Assembly: GCA_012522535.1 (NCBI GenBank)
Contig: JAAYKF010000038.1
Span: 1 to 49,188 of the forward strand
Direction of reading: 5' to 3'
Origin: Bacteroidales bacterium
GTDB taxonomy: Bacteria; Bacteroidota; Bacteroidia; Bacteroidales; WCHB1-69
DNA: 49,188 nt
The translations under genes and the position numbers were made by a program. Positions 35,192 through 44,476 of the stretch are shown here, in pieces (the first letter of the stretch is position 1; the number at the start of each line of letters is the position of its first letter). The notes under the pieces were generated by a model. That model had not been told where the DNA came from. It was given only the letters and a program-made list of their open reading frames with translations, and did not search any database.

Positions 35192-35218
35192 CTCCCCTAT
35201 CTTAGGGGAGTTTTTTTT
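35192..35218 (+). terminator. rho-independent terminator after gldN
   Basis: CTCCCCTA-TCT-TAGGGGAG (8-bp stem) followed by T8 (35211-35218). Preceded by an A-run, so it is potentially bidirectional. Confidence 0.8.
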
Positions 35219-35225
35219 ATATTTG
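35218..35225 (+). promoter_or_regulatory. -7 promoter box (TATATTTG)
   Basis: TAnnTTTG 18 nt upstream of the recG ATG at 35244. Confidence 0.3.
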
Positions 35226-35243
35226 TAATAAGATAATGTCAAA

Positions 35244-37346
35244 ATGAAAAATCTTCTACATACCTCAATAGAATACCTTAAAGGAGTTGGTCCAGCAAGG
35301 GCAGAAGTGCTTAAGAGTGAGTACGGCATAAGAACATTCGAAGATTTAATAAGCTATTATCCCTATAAATATATTGACAAAACCAAAATCTATAAAATCT
35401 CCGAAATTGTTGATGACTCTGCCTATATTCAAATTAAAGGTAAAATCACAGGCTTTGACATGGTGGGACACGGCAGAGCAAAAAGATTAGTGGCAAACTT
35501 TTCTGATGGTACGTCCGAAGTTGAATTGGTTTGGTTTAATAGCATCAAATGGATGCAAGAAAGCCTGAAATTAGGCCTTGAATATCTCGTTTTTGGCAAA
35601 CCAACAATCTTTAATAGAAAGTTCAGCTTTACACACCCCGAAATGGAAATTTATAACCAAAGAGAGGCAAACCCAATTCCATTCCATCCCCTCTATAATA
35701 CCTCCGAAAAATCCAAAAAAAGAGGAATAGACTCCAAGGCACTATCTAAATTAATTTATCAGATGTTCCTGCAAGTACAGTCGCATATACCAGAAAATTT
35801 AAGTCAAGAAATATTAGAAAAAAATAGACTGGTTTCGCGAGAATATGCACTATTTAATAAACATTTTCCCAAAAATGTAGATGAGTACAGAAAAGCAAAT
35901 TATAGATTGAAATTTGAAGAACTCTTTTTCAATCAGCTTAAGCTTTTGAAAACCAGGCAAATAAGAATACAAAATATAAAAGGTCATAGCTTTGAAAAAG
36001 TAGGCGAAGCTTTCCAAAATTTCTATCACAATAATCTACCTTTCGAGCTCACAGATGCCCAAAAACGGGTAATAAAGGAAATTAGAGCCGATATGAGAGG
36101 ACCTACACAAATGAACAGATTGTTGCAAGGTGATGTGGGTAGCGGAAAAACAATTGTTGCTCTTTTGGTGATGCTAATAGCCATCGATAATGATTTTCAA
36201 TCGTGCATTATGGCACCCACAGAGGTCTTGGCACAGCAGCATTTCTATACTATTTCCAAACTGCTGGGAGATGATAGTGAAATCAAAGTAGAACTGCTTA
36301 CTGGCTCCACAAAAGCTGCCCAAAAGCGTAAAATAAAGGAGCAACTTCAAAGTGGTGAGCTGAAAATAGTTGTGGGGACTCATGCACTATTGGAAGATGA
36401 TGTGATTTTTGAAAATTTAGGACTAACAATTATAGATGAACAGCACCGATTTGGAGTGGCTCAAAGGGCAAAGTTGTGGATGAAAAACACACCGCCACCC
36501 CATGTTTTGGTCATGACGGCTACACCAATTCCAAGAACATTGGCAATGACACTTTTTGGTGATTTAAGCGTATCGGTAATTGATGAACTACCCAAAAATA
36601 GGAAACCAATCAAAACAGTCCATTTCTTCGATAATAATAGATTGAAAATTCAAGGCTTGATGAAAAATGAGATTGAGAAGGGAAGACAAATTTATGTCGT
36701 ATTTCCTTTGATAGAAGAATCACAAACCATCGATTTAAAACACTTAGAAGAGGGTTTTGATGCCTTGTCTCGCGATTTTCCCTTGCCAAAATATGCCATA
36801 GGTCAAGTTCACGGTAGAATGAAACCGGAAGAGAAGGAATATGAAATGAATCGCTTTAAAAAGGGTGAAACCGACATACTTGTTTCCACCACAGTTATCG
36901 AAGTCGGCGTTGATGTGCCCAATGCCAGCGTTATGGTCATTGAAGATGCTCAGCGTTTTGGACTTCTGCAACTGCATCAACTCAGAGGTAGGGTGGGACG
37001 TGGTGCCGAGCAATCTTATTGCGTTTTGGTTACAAACTACGAACTTTCCAAAGAGGGGAAAGAGCGTATTGCAGCCATGGTCAAGACAAATGATGGCTTT
37101 GAAATAGCTAACTTAGACCTTAAAATCCGCGGACCGGGAGATATTGAAGGTACCCGACAAAGTGGATTGCTAGATTTGAAAGTGGCTGATATCAGCAAAG
37201 ATGAGCAGATTTTGCTATTGGCAAGAAATTATGCCCAAGACCTATTAGAGCAAGACCCGGAAATAGAAAAAGTGGAAAACATCAGAATAAAAGAGTTTCT
37301 AAATGAAATTCTTGTGAAATCAAAAGATTGGAGCTTGATAAGCTAA
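35244..37346 (+). CDS. recG: ATP-dependent DNA helicase RecG
   Basis: Wedge-domain N-terminus, helicase motifs GDVGSGKT, IIDEQHRFG, MTATPIPRT, QLHQLRGRVGRG. 700 aa. Confidence 0.92.
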   Translation: MKNLLHTSIEYLKGVGPARAEVLKSEYGIRTFEDLISYYPYKYIDKTKIYKISEIVDDSAYIQIKGKITGFDMVGHGRAKRLVANFSDGTSEVELVWFNSIKWMQESLKLGLEYLVFGKPTIFNRKFSFTHPEMEIYNQREANPIPFHPLYNTSEKSKKRGIDSKALSKLIYQMFLQVQSHIPENLSQEILEKNRLVSREYALFNKHFPKNVDEYRKANYRLKFEELFFNQLKLLKTRQIRIQNIKGHSFEKVGEAFQNFYHNNLPFELTDAQKRVIKEIRADMRGPTQMNRLLQGDVGSGKTIVALLVMLIAIDNDFQSCIMAPTEVLAQQHFYTISKLLGDDSEIKVELLTGSTKAAQKRKIKEQLQSGELKIVVGTHALLEDDVIFENLGLTIIDEQHRFGVAQRAKLWMKNTPPPHVLVMTATPIPRTLAMTLFGDLSVSVIDELPKNRKPIKTVHFFDNNRLKIQGLMKNEIEKGRQIYVVFPLIEESQTIDLKHLEEGFDALSRDFPLPKYAIGQVHGRMKPEEKEYEMNRFKKGETDILVSTTVIEVGVDVPNASVMVIEDAQRFGLLQLHQLRGRVGRGAEQSYCVLVTNYELSKEGKERIAAMVKTNDGFEIANLDLKIRGPGDIEGTRQSGLLDLKVADISKDEQILLLARNYAQDLLEQDPEIEKVENIRIKEFLNEILVKSKDWSLIS

Positions 37347-37392
37347 AGTCAAAATTTATGCTTAAAACTAAGGTTTTTCAAGCTTAAAAATG

Positions 37393-37400
37393 TAATTTTG
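37393..37400 (+). promoter_or_regulatory. -7 promoter box (TAATTTTG)
   Basis: TAnnTTTG 16 nt upstream of the pheT ATG at 37417. Confidence 0.3.
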
Positions 37401-37416
37401 TAAAAAATATATTTCA

Positions 37417-39879
37417 ATGAAAATTTCTTATAATTGGCTAAAAAGCTACATAGACGTAGATTGTTCGGTGGAAGAACTCTCTGACATACTAACAGATATA
37501 GGTTTGGAAGTAGAAGGACTTGAACACTTTGAAACTATAAAAGGAGGTCTAAAAGGTGTAGTTGTTGGAAAAGTCTTAGAGTGCGAAAAACATCCCGATG
37601 CTGACAGACTTCATGTTACGAAAGTAGAGATGGGAGATGGTAAGGTTTCACAAATAGTTTGTGGAGCTCCAAATGTAGCCCAAGGACAGACTGTTTTGGT
37701 GGCAAGTGTCGGCACAAAACTTTATGGCGAAGATGAAAAAGAATTTGAAATTAAAAAAGCTAAAATCAGAGGTGTTGCCTCCGAAGGGATGATTTGCTCT
37801 GAAATTGAGCTGGGGATAGGAGATTCGCACGAAGGAATTTTGGTTATTGATGATAAGCACAAAGCAGGAACAAAAGCCAGTGATATATATGAAGTTAAGT
37901 CCGATTATATTTTCGAAATTGGACTAACCCCAAACCGTTCCGATGCAATTTCCCACTTTGGAATTGCCCGCGATGTAGCCGCAGCATTGTCCATCAGAAA
38001 CAATATAAATATAGAGGCAAAACTTCCGCAAAATGAAAAATTTAATCCACAAATTGAAAAAAGTCCCATAGATATTGATTTAGTTGAGCTTGACCATTGC
38101 CCCAGATATTCAGGAATTTACATAAAAAATATCGAGGTAAAAGAGTCGCCAGAATGGATAAAAAACTATTTGGAATCGGTGGGACTTGGCTCTATAAACA
38201 ACATTGTGGATATCACAAATTTTATAATGTTGGAAATAGGTCAACCTTTGCACGCTTTTGATGCAGCCAAAATTGATGGCAATAAAGTTGTGGTGCGAAA
38301 GGCAAATAAGGGTAAATTTACAACCTTAGATGGCGTTGAACGTGAACTAAAAGGAAGTGAGCTGATGATATGCAACGCACAAACCGAAATGTGTATTGCC
38401 GGTGTTTATGGTGGATTAGATTCGGGAGTTTCGGAAAATACTACGGAAATTTTCTTAGAAAGTGCCACTTTCGATGCCGTTAGCGTTCGTAAAACTTCAA
38501 AGCTACACGGACTTAAAACCGACTCATCTTTCAGATTTGAAAGAGGTGCCGATCCAAACATAAATATTTATGCCATAGAAAGAGCCATTCAGCTCTTTTC
38601 GGAAGTATGTCCAAAAATTGAGTACTCAAATGTGGTAGATGCTTATCCCAATGTCATTAAACCAGTAAGAATTACATTGAAATATGATGAGCTAAATAAA
38701 GTCGTAGGGAAAGAAATTCCACAAGAAATAGTTGAGAAAATTTTAAATCGCTTAGATTTCACTATTATTTCCAAGTCTGAAACAGCTTTGGAGATAGACT
38801 CGCCTCTGTACAGGGTTGACGTTACTCGCGAGATAGATGTTGTTGAAGAAATTTTAAGAATTTATGGATATAATTCTGTGGAAATTCCTACAAAAGTGAA
38901 ATATTCCATCACCCAAAGTGAAGACTTTATGGCCCCAAAATTGAAGCTAAAAGATAGAATTTCGGAGTGGTTTTCAGCTCGTGGACTATATGAAGCCATG
39001 AATAATTCTCTTACAAAAAGTGAATATTACGAAAAATTCAAATTCTTAAATCCAGATTTGGCAGTAAAAATAATCAATCCACTTAGCCGCGATTTGGAGT
39101 TTATGCGTCAGTCGTTGCTACCCGGATTGTTGGAAAATATTCTGCTGAATAATAACTACCAACAGCAAAATGTACGACTTTTTGAATTTGGACGTGAATA
39201 CTATATCAACGACAAAGATGCCCAAGAGGATATTAGTAAAATGTACAAAGAGAAGGAGATGTTTGCATTTGTAATTTCGGGAACCCACAATAGCGAAAAC
39301 TGGAAATATGGCGAAGAAAAATTAGACCTTTATTCAGCCTTAGCAATTGTGAATGACCTTTTGGGAATGCTCAATTTAAACAAGGAGTTTGTCATTGAAA
39401 CTCAAGCAGATGCGATGTTTTCAGAAGGGGTTATTTATCAAAACAGAAGGGGAGATTTATTGGCAAAAGCAGGAAAGGTACATCCCCGTATTTTGAAACA
39501 CTTCGATATTAAAGCAGAAGTTTTTTATGCAGAAATTGACTGGGAACTCCTGACAAAAGTTCTGCATGGTCGTAAGTCAAACTATAAAGCATTGGTGAAT
39601 TATCAGGCTGTAAGACGTGATTTATCACTTTTGATTGACAAGAAAGTGAGCTTTGCTGAATTGGAAAAACTGGCTTATGCAAATTCAAAAAATCTACTCA
39701 GAGAGGTAAATCTTTTCGATGTTTATGAAGGTGATAAAATAGCAGAAGATAAAAAATCATATGCCGTAAGTTTTAAATTCCAAAACCCCAATAGCACCAT
39801 GACAGATGCTGAAATTAGTGCATTAATGGATAAAATAATCGAAGTTTATACCTCTAAACTTGGAGCTGTTTTAAGATAA
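37417..39879 (+). CDS. pheT: phenylalanine--tRNA ligase beta subunit
   Basis: MKISYNWLKSYID N-terminus, tRNA-binding domain (HPDADRL), B3/4 and B5 domains, C-terminal FDX-ACB. 820 aa. Confidence 0.92.
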   Translation: MKISYNWLKSYIDVDCSVEELSDILTDIGLEVEGLEHFETIKGGLKGVVVGKVLECEKHPDADRLHVTKVEMGDGKVSQIVCGAPNVAQGQTVLVASVGTKLYGEDEKEFEIKKAKIRGVASEGMICSEIELGIGDSHEGILVIDDKHKAGTKASDIYEVKSDYIFEIGLTPNRSDAISHFGIARDVAAALSIRNNINIEAKLPQNEKFNPQIEKSPIDIDLVELDHCPRYSGIYIKNIEVKESPEWIKNYLESVGLGSINNIVDITNFIMLEIGQPLHAFDAAKIDGNKVVVRKANKGKFTTLDGVERELKGSELMICNAQTEMCIAGVYGGLDSGVSENTTEIFLESATFDAVSVRKTSKLHGLKTDSSFRFERGADPNINIYAIERAIQLFSEVCPKIEYSNVVDAYPNVIKPVRITLKYDELNKVVGKEIPQEIVEKILNRLDFTIISKSETALEIDSPLYRVDVTREIDVVEEILRIYGYNSVEIPTKVKYSITQSEDFMAPKLKLKDRISEWFSARGLYEAMNNSLTKSEYYEKFKFLNPDLAVKIINPLSRDLEFMRQSLLPGLLENILLNNNYQQQNVRLFEFGREYYINDKDAQEDISKMYKEKEMFAFVISGTHNSENWKYGEEKLDLYSALAIVNDLLGMLNLNKEFVIETQADAMFSEGVIYQNRRGDLLAKAGKVHPRILKHFDIKAEVFYAEIDWELLTKVLHGRKSNYKALVNYQAVRRDLSLLIDKKVSFAELEKLAYANSKNLLREVNLFDVYEGDKIAEDKKSYAVSFKFQNPNSTMTDAEISALMDKIIEVYTSKLGAVLR

Positions 39880-39881
39880 TT

Positions 39882-42800
39882 CTACAACCTTATTAAACTC
39901 AATTTTAGCTGTTCTAAAGTAAAAGGAATGGCTAAAATTTCGTATTTGAATTTGGCATTTTTAAATAAGTCTTCCACATATCTTAGCTCTCCAAAGGGAG
40001 ATAAAACCAAAAGCTTAACATCCTTAGAAATTAGCAAGGATTCAATTTTTGTTGCAATATCCCAAATACTTACGCCATTGGGCATATTCTCGCTAATAAT
40101 TATTTGAGAAAAATCGTCAACACTGCCATTAAGGTCCCTGATAAGTTCAAGATAATCATTAAAAAAATGGGTCTTAGGGATATAGTTTGAAATGCTTTTT
40201 GTCAACTCTTTGCCAATAAGGTTATTGGTGTATATAATACTTGCCGAATCATACAGTTTACTTAAATCATAAAACTGTTTTGGAGCCTCCAACTCTTTAA
40301 CTTTAGTTTTAAAACTTAAAGAAAACTGAGCAATATTTCCTTCTAAAACATTAAATTCAATGTGTGAAGCAGCGATTTTTACCAACTTATTTAGGAAAAT
40401 AATATCGAAGATTTTACTCTCATCACTTTCGTTATTGTTCTGAGAATCAAGGAAATTGCTGTTAATATGTTTTGAGAAAATATCAATAACATCTTTGTCA
40501 ATAACCGAGCTATAATTAAAAACTAATTTGTCGGAAAAATGTTGCACTTTGCATACAACATAGCCATTTCCAAACCTGTTTACAAAGTGTGCAAGGACGC
40601 AAATAAGTTCTTTGCTCAATTGCGTGTCCAATAAAAATTCATAATTTTCCTCTTTTTCATACTGATAGAAAACCTTATAATCATATTTTAAATGCCTAGA
40701 AATAACTCCATTTATAATTTCGTTTAGTCCAATATATTTCAACTCTTTTTCATAAGTTCCTGTAAAAAGTTTTGAATATAAATCCACAGTATTATTTTCA
40801 GGACTATTCAATAGAGTTTGTCTATAAGTGTTGTTTAAGGTATAGGAAATCAGGTTGTTAATGGTTTTTTCGCCTTTTTGTAATCTATTTTTCAATTCAA
40901 TTTCAGTAGAAATATTGATTAAGGAAATCATTGTTTTAGAAGAGTTTTTATTCTCAAAAAACTTGCTGACAATAATTCTATATGTATTAATTAAATTGTC
41001 ATTATTATCTAAGTTCTCTAAAATTAGGTTTTCAGAAATCTCAGATTTATTGATTATTTCCAATAATATATTCTCAATATTATCAATGCTAATCTCTTCA
41101 TTATTAAATAGTTTGAGTCTTTTAAGTTTTTGAGCCATTTTGTTTTGAAACAAAATTTCTCCATTGGAAGTTTCAGTTATAAAAATTGGTACATCGCTGT
41201 TTTGTATTAATTTTTCAAACTCAAACTTTTCGGTTTTCAAGCTGTTTATTTGACTGTAAACATCCGACTGATCGATTATAAAACAAACACTTTCCAAGTC
41301 ATTTATTTTGGAACAATACAAAACTACAAATTTTTCACTATCATCAATTTTGAAATAAGTATTGAAAATTTGTTTGTGATTTTCTTTCAAACCATAGAGA
41401 TGTTTACTGCTTTCTGTTCTATGCTCAAAACTAATAAAATCAATTAGGTTTTTTCCAATAATTTTGTCGCTATTTTCACTCACAAAATTTGCAAATTTGC
41501 CATTAAAGTCAATGATATTCAGCTCATTATTAATAGAGATAATAGATATTGGACTGTCTAAGAACTTTTTAAATCTCTCTTCATTAATCTTTGAAATTTC
41601 TTCATGTTTTTTTCTGTCATTAATGTCGATAATAACTCCTTTAATGGCAATTGGGGTGTTGTTGGAGTCATAAATGCTATTTGCTTTTTCGTAAACCCAT
41701 TTTATCTTACCATCCTTTGTTTTAATTTGGTATTCCTCTTCAAATATGGCGTTATTTTCAATAACATCTTTCCATTTACTCCAAATTATATCTCTATATT
41801 GTGGCAAAATCAGTTCATTGAAAGTGATTTTTTTGTTGTTCACCACCTCTTCAGGAAGATATTTGGTTATTTGGTAGGTTTCGGGACTCATATATCGCAT
41901 TGTCCAGTCTCTGTCAATATCACAAATATAAACAATGGCAGGAATATTCGATAAATCAATATTCTTAAAAGCACTCTGTTTTAAATCGGGACTTTTCTTA
42001 TCTATTTTTCTCGAAACGATGAGAAAACCAGCCTTTTCACCAATCTTTCCTTCTCTACGAATTATTTGAGAATTGTATTCACTAAAGTCGCCATTAGATT
42101 TTTTATAATGAATATCTAAAGTGAAATTACTGTTATGATTTTTGTTTTTTAAAATTGTAATTCCTTGATTTATCTGCTCCCAGGAGCTAATGCTTACAAT
42201 ATCCTTTAAGCTTTTATTTATCAAATCCAACTCATCATATTCTAAGGTAATTTCGATAGATTTTGTGGCACTTTCTATGGTTCCATCATACTTACAACTC
42301 AGAATAAAATCTTCAATATTTGCCATTGTCTTTTCTATCTCTTTAAGAAAACTAATGGATTTATCTGCCAAAATCAGGTTTTTATCTTCAAGAATATATA
42401 GAACGTAGTGCGAAATTTCGTTGGATTTGTTTTTTATACTGGAAAAAACAAATAAAATTTGATTGGGATTGGAAATGCTTCCAATGTGATATTGTACTAT
42501 TGATTTGTTTTTTGCCGACTGACTCAATAGTTGCAACTTATTGTCAACCTCTAGTTTAAGCTCATTATGAAAGAATTGAGTAATATTTTCACCTTCCACC
42601 AATTCGGCATTGAATAGTGAATTGAAGACAAACATAGCCGAAATATTAAAATCAATAATTTTATGGTTTGTATCTAAAATTACAAAAGGAGAGTCCCAGT
42701 TTTCGATGGTGTTTTTTAAGAACTCCAATGATTTGTTCTCCTTTTTCTCATTGAGGATAATATAGGTGTAAATGAGATAAAAAATTATCAGCATTATTAC

Positions 42801-43409
42801 CACAAATACCGATATTATAATAGGGTTTATCGTCCTAGCAGTGTACGGACTTATAAAGTTATTATAAACCACGTCTATGCCCAATGCACCAATGATTTCG
42901 TTGTTTGATGGGTTGTAAATTGGAGAAAGGACGGCAATAAATTTTCCCCATTTGTCCACATATGGTCCATAAATAATTTCCCTTTGTTGGTAAAAACTTG
43001 CATAAAATTCCCTTGGTGCATCATCGTATATTTCGCCAGGCATGGCAAGCTTTGGTGGATTGGGAAAACTTCTATTTAGAGGTTCTGTATCTATTAAAAA
43101 GTATAAAACTGAGTCGATTTCTTTAATAATATAAATATATCTAAGGTCGGGAAAGGCATCATTAATGGAACTTAATTTCAGATTTAGTGTTTGATACTCT
43201 GTTTTATTAGTATCGCTAATGTCGCAGCTAAGTGATTGTATATCAGAGTGATTTAGACTCGATTTTATGATGTTAACTCTTTCAACTAATTGTTGTTGAC
43301 CCTCTTTGAGTTGATATATATAATTTTGATATGAGTTTATAAAACCCACAATTAATATCGCTAAAGAGATTATTATCAAGAGTAAAATATGTGAGGTCTT
43401 TCTACTCAT
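39882..43409 (-). CDS. membrane sensor: periplasmic Cache/PDC-like domain, about five PAS domains, degenerate histidine-kinase-like and pseudo-receiver C-terminal modules
   Basis: TM1 (HILLLIIISLAILIVGFI). Periplasmic region with YVDKWGKFIAVLSPIY..IGALGIDV. TM2 (IIISVFVVIMLIIFYLIYTYIIL). Clear PAS/PAC (..EEEYQIKTKDGKIKWVYEKANSIYD..IKGVIIDINDRKKHEE). C-terminal ..QIIISENMPNGVSIWDIA..VKLLVLS..LAIPF is receiver-like. The ORF-track start at 43442 is TTG inside a -7 box; the ATG is at 43409. Confidence 0.6.
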   Translation of the reverse strand: MSRKTSHILLLIIISLAILIVGFINSYQNYIYQLKEGQQQLVERVNIIKSSLNHSDIQSLSCDISDTNKTEYQTLNLKLSSINDAFPDLRYIYIIKEIDSVLYFLIDTEPLNRSFPNPPKLAMPGEIYDDAPREFYASFYQQREIIYGPYVDKWGKFIAVLSPIYNPSNNEIIGALGIDVVYNNFISPYTARTINPIIISVFVVIMLIIFYLIYTYIILNEKKENKSLEFLKNTIENWDSPFVILDTNHKIIDFNISAMFVFNSLFNAELVEGENITQFFHNELKLEVDNKLQLLSQSAKNKSIVQYHIGSISNPNQILFVFSSIKNKSNEISHYVLYILEDKNLILADKSISFLKEIEKTMANIEDFILSCKYDGTIESATKSIEITLEYDELDLINKSLKDIVSISSWEQINQGITILKNKNHNSNFTLDIHYKKSNGDFSEYNSQIIRREGKIGEKAGFLIVSRKIDKKSPDLKQSAFKNIDLSNIPAIVYICDIDRDWTMRYMSPETYQITKYLPEEVVNNKKITFNELILPQYRDIIWSKWKDVIENNAIFEEEYQIKTKDGKIKWVYEKANSIYDSNNTPIAIKGVIIDINDRKKHEEISKINEERFKKFLDSPISIISINNELNIIDFNGKFANFVSENSDKIIGKNLIDFISFEHRTESSKHLYGLKENHKQIFNTYFKIDDSEKFVVLYCSKINDLESVCFIIDQSDVYSQINSLKTEKFEFEKLIQNSDVPIFITETSNGEILFQNKMAQKLKRLKLFNNEEISIDNIENILLEIINKSEISENLILENLDNNDNLINTYRIIVSKFFENKNSSKTMISLINISTEIELKNRLQKGEKTINNLISYTLNNTYRQTLLNSPENNTVDLYSKLFTGTYEKELKYIGLNEIINGVISRHLKYDYKVFYQYEKEENYEFLLDTQLSKELICVLAHFVNRFGNGYVVCKVQHFSDKLVFNYSSVIDKDVIDIFSKHINSNFLDSQNNNESDESKIFDIIFLNKLVKIAASHIEFNVLEGNIAQFSLSFKTKVKELEAPKQFYDLSKLYDSASIIYTNNLIGKELTKSISNYIPKTHFFNDYLELIRDLNGSVDDFSQIIISENMPNGVSIWDIATKIESLLISKDVKLLVLSPFGELRYVEDLFKNAKFKYEILAIPFTLEQLKLSLIRL

Positions 43410-43439
43410 ATTATTTGTTTTATGGATGTTTTGTACAAA

Positions 43440-43447
43440 CAAATATA
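43440..43447 (-). promoter_or_regulatory. -7 promoter box (TATATTTG on minus strand)
   Basis: TAnnTTTG 30 nt upstream of the ATG at 43409. Confidence 0.3.
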
Positions 43448-43529
43448 CAATTATAAAGATTTATATCTCACAAATTAGAAAATTTATTAATTGAACATTG
43501 CTAATTATTTTTTTGTTTGTGTGTAAAAA

Positions 43530-44465
43530 GTGAAAAAGAACTTACCCTCCTTTAGAAATTTGTTTCTAATTTCTGCAATGATTTTGGGAATGCTTGCACC
43601 CCGCGGAGCAGAAATTTTCAGCCCGTTTTTGATATATGTATTGGCATTTATGATGTCGCTTTCGCTACAACAACTTTCTTTAACAGTTTTTAGACCAAAA
43701 CCCAGTATTATAAGACCAATTCTAAAAGGTATATTTCTGAATTATTTTCTTTTTGCACTTATTTCTTTGCCCTTGGTGGCTCTCTTTTTCTCTGCCAAAT
43801 CTATGATATTTGCAGGCTTTGTGCTAATAGCCATAAGTCCGCCCGGAGTGGTGATTATTCCCATGATGGCAAGAATGAATTTTAATATAAATGATGCTGC
43901 CATCGGTACCATTGGTGCTTACTTTTTTCTGATTTTACTTTTCCCTTCGGTGATGTTTTTTTATGGAATTAATGCCGATGTGATGGAGATGTTTTGGTTG
44001 CTTTTTTATTCGGTTATTGTACCAATTGTAGCTTCAAGAATTATCCGCCGACTACCCATTAAGAGCTTCACCTTCAAGTATCAAGGTTTGATGATAGATA
44101 TTTCATTTTTTATACTAATTTATGTGGTAATTGGTATGAATCAAAGCTTTTTGATAAACCAATACTTGGACATGATAATGCCAATATTAGTGCTGTTTAT
44201 TGCACTTTTTGTTTTTACACTGTTTTATATGGCACAGATGCATAAAAGAAGAATAGGAGATGATTTGGTGGCTGGAAATACCTTGTTATATTCCATAAAA
44301 AATAATGGTTTTTCGGCTGTTTCAGCCTTCACGCTTTTTGGTGCCGAAGCGGCAATACCGTCGGCAGCACTTAGTGTGGTTTTGTTGGTGTATATAATTG
44401 TATTTCCTTGGCTATTCGGAAAGTCGAAGCGGATAGGAGTGTTGATGAGTACTAAAAGTATCTAA
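43530..44465 (+). CDS. polytopic membrane transporter, bile acid:sodium symporter (BASS/SBF)-like fold
   Basis: About 9-10 hydrophobic segments. ..GFVLIAISPPGVVIIPMMARM..NDAAIGTIGAYFF.. resembles the SBF-like core. GTG start in the ORF track; the next ATG is at 43578. Confidence 0.45.
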   Translation: MKKNLPSFRNLFLISAMILGMLAPRGAEIFSPFLIYVLAFMMSLSLQQLSLTVFRPKPSIIRPILKGIFLNYFLFALISLPLVALFFSAKSMIFAGFVLIAISPPGVVIIPMMARMNFNINDAAIGTIGAYFFLILLFPSVMFFYGINADVMEMFWLLFYSVIVPIVASRIIRRLPIKSFTFKYQGLMIDISFFILIYVVIGMNQSFLINQYLDMIMPILVLFIALFVFTLFYMAQMHKRRIGDDLVAGNTLLYSIKNNGFSAVSAFTLFGAEAAIPSAALSVVLLVYIIVFPWLFGKSKRIGVLMSTKSI

Positions 44466-44476
44466 AGCTTTATCTA

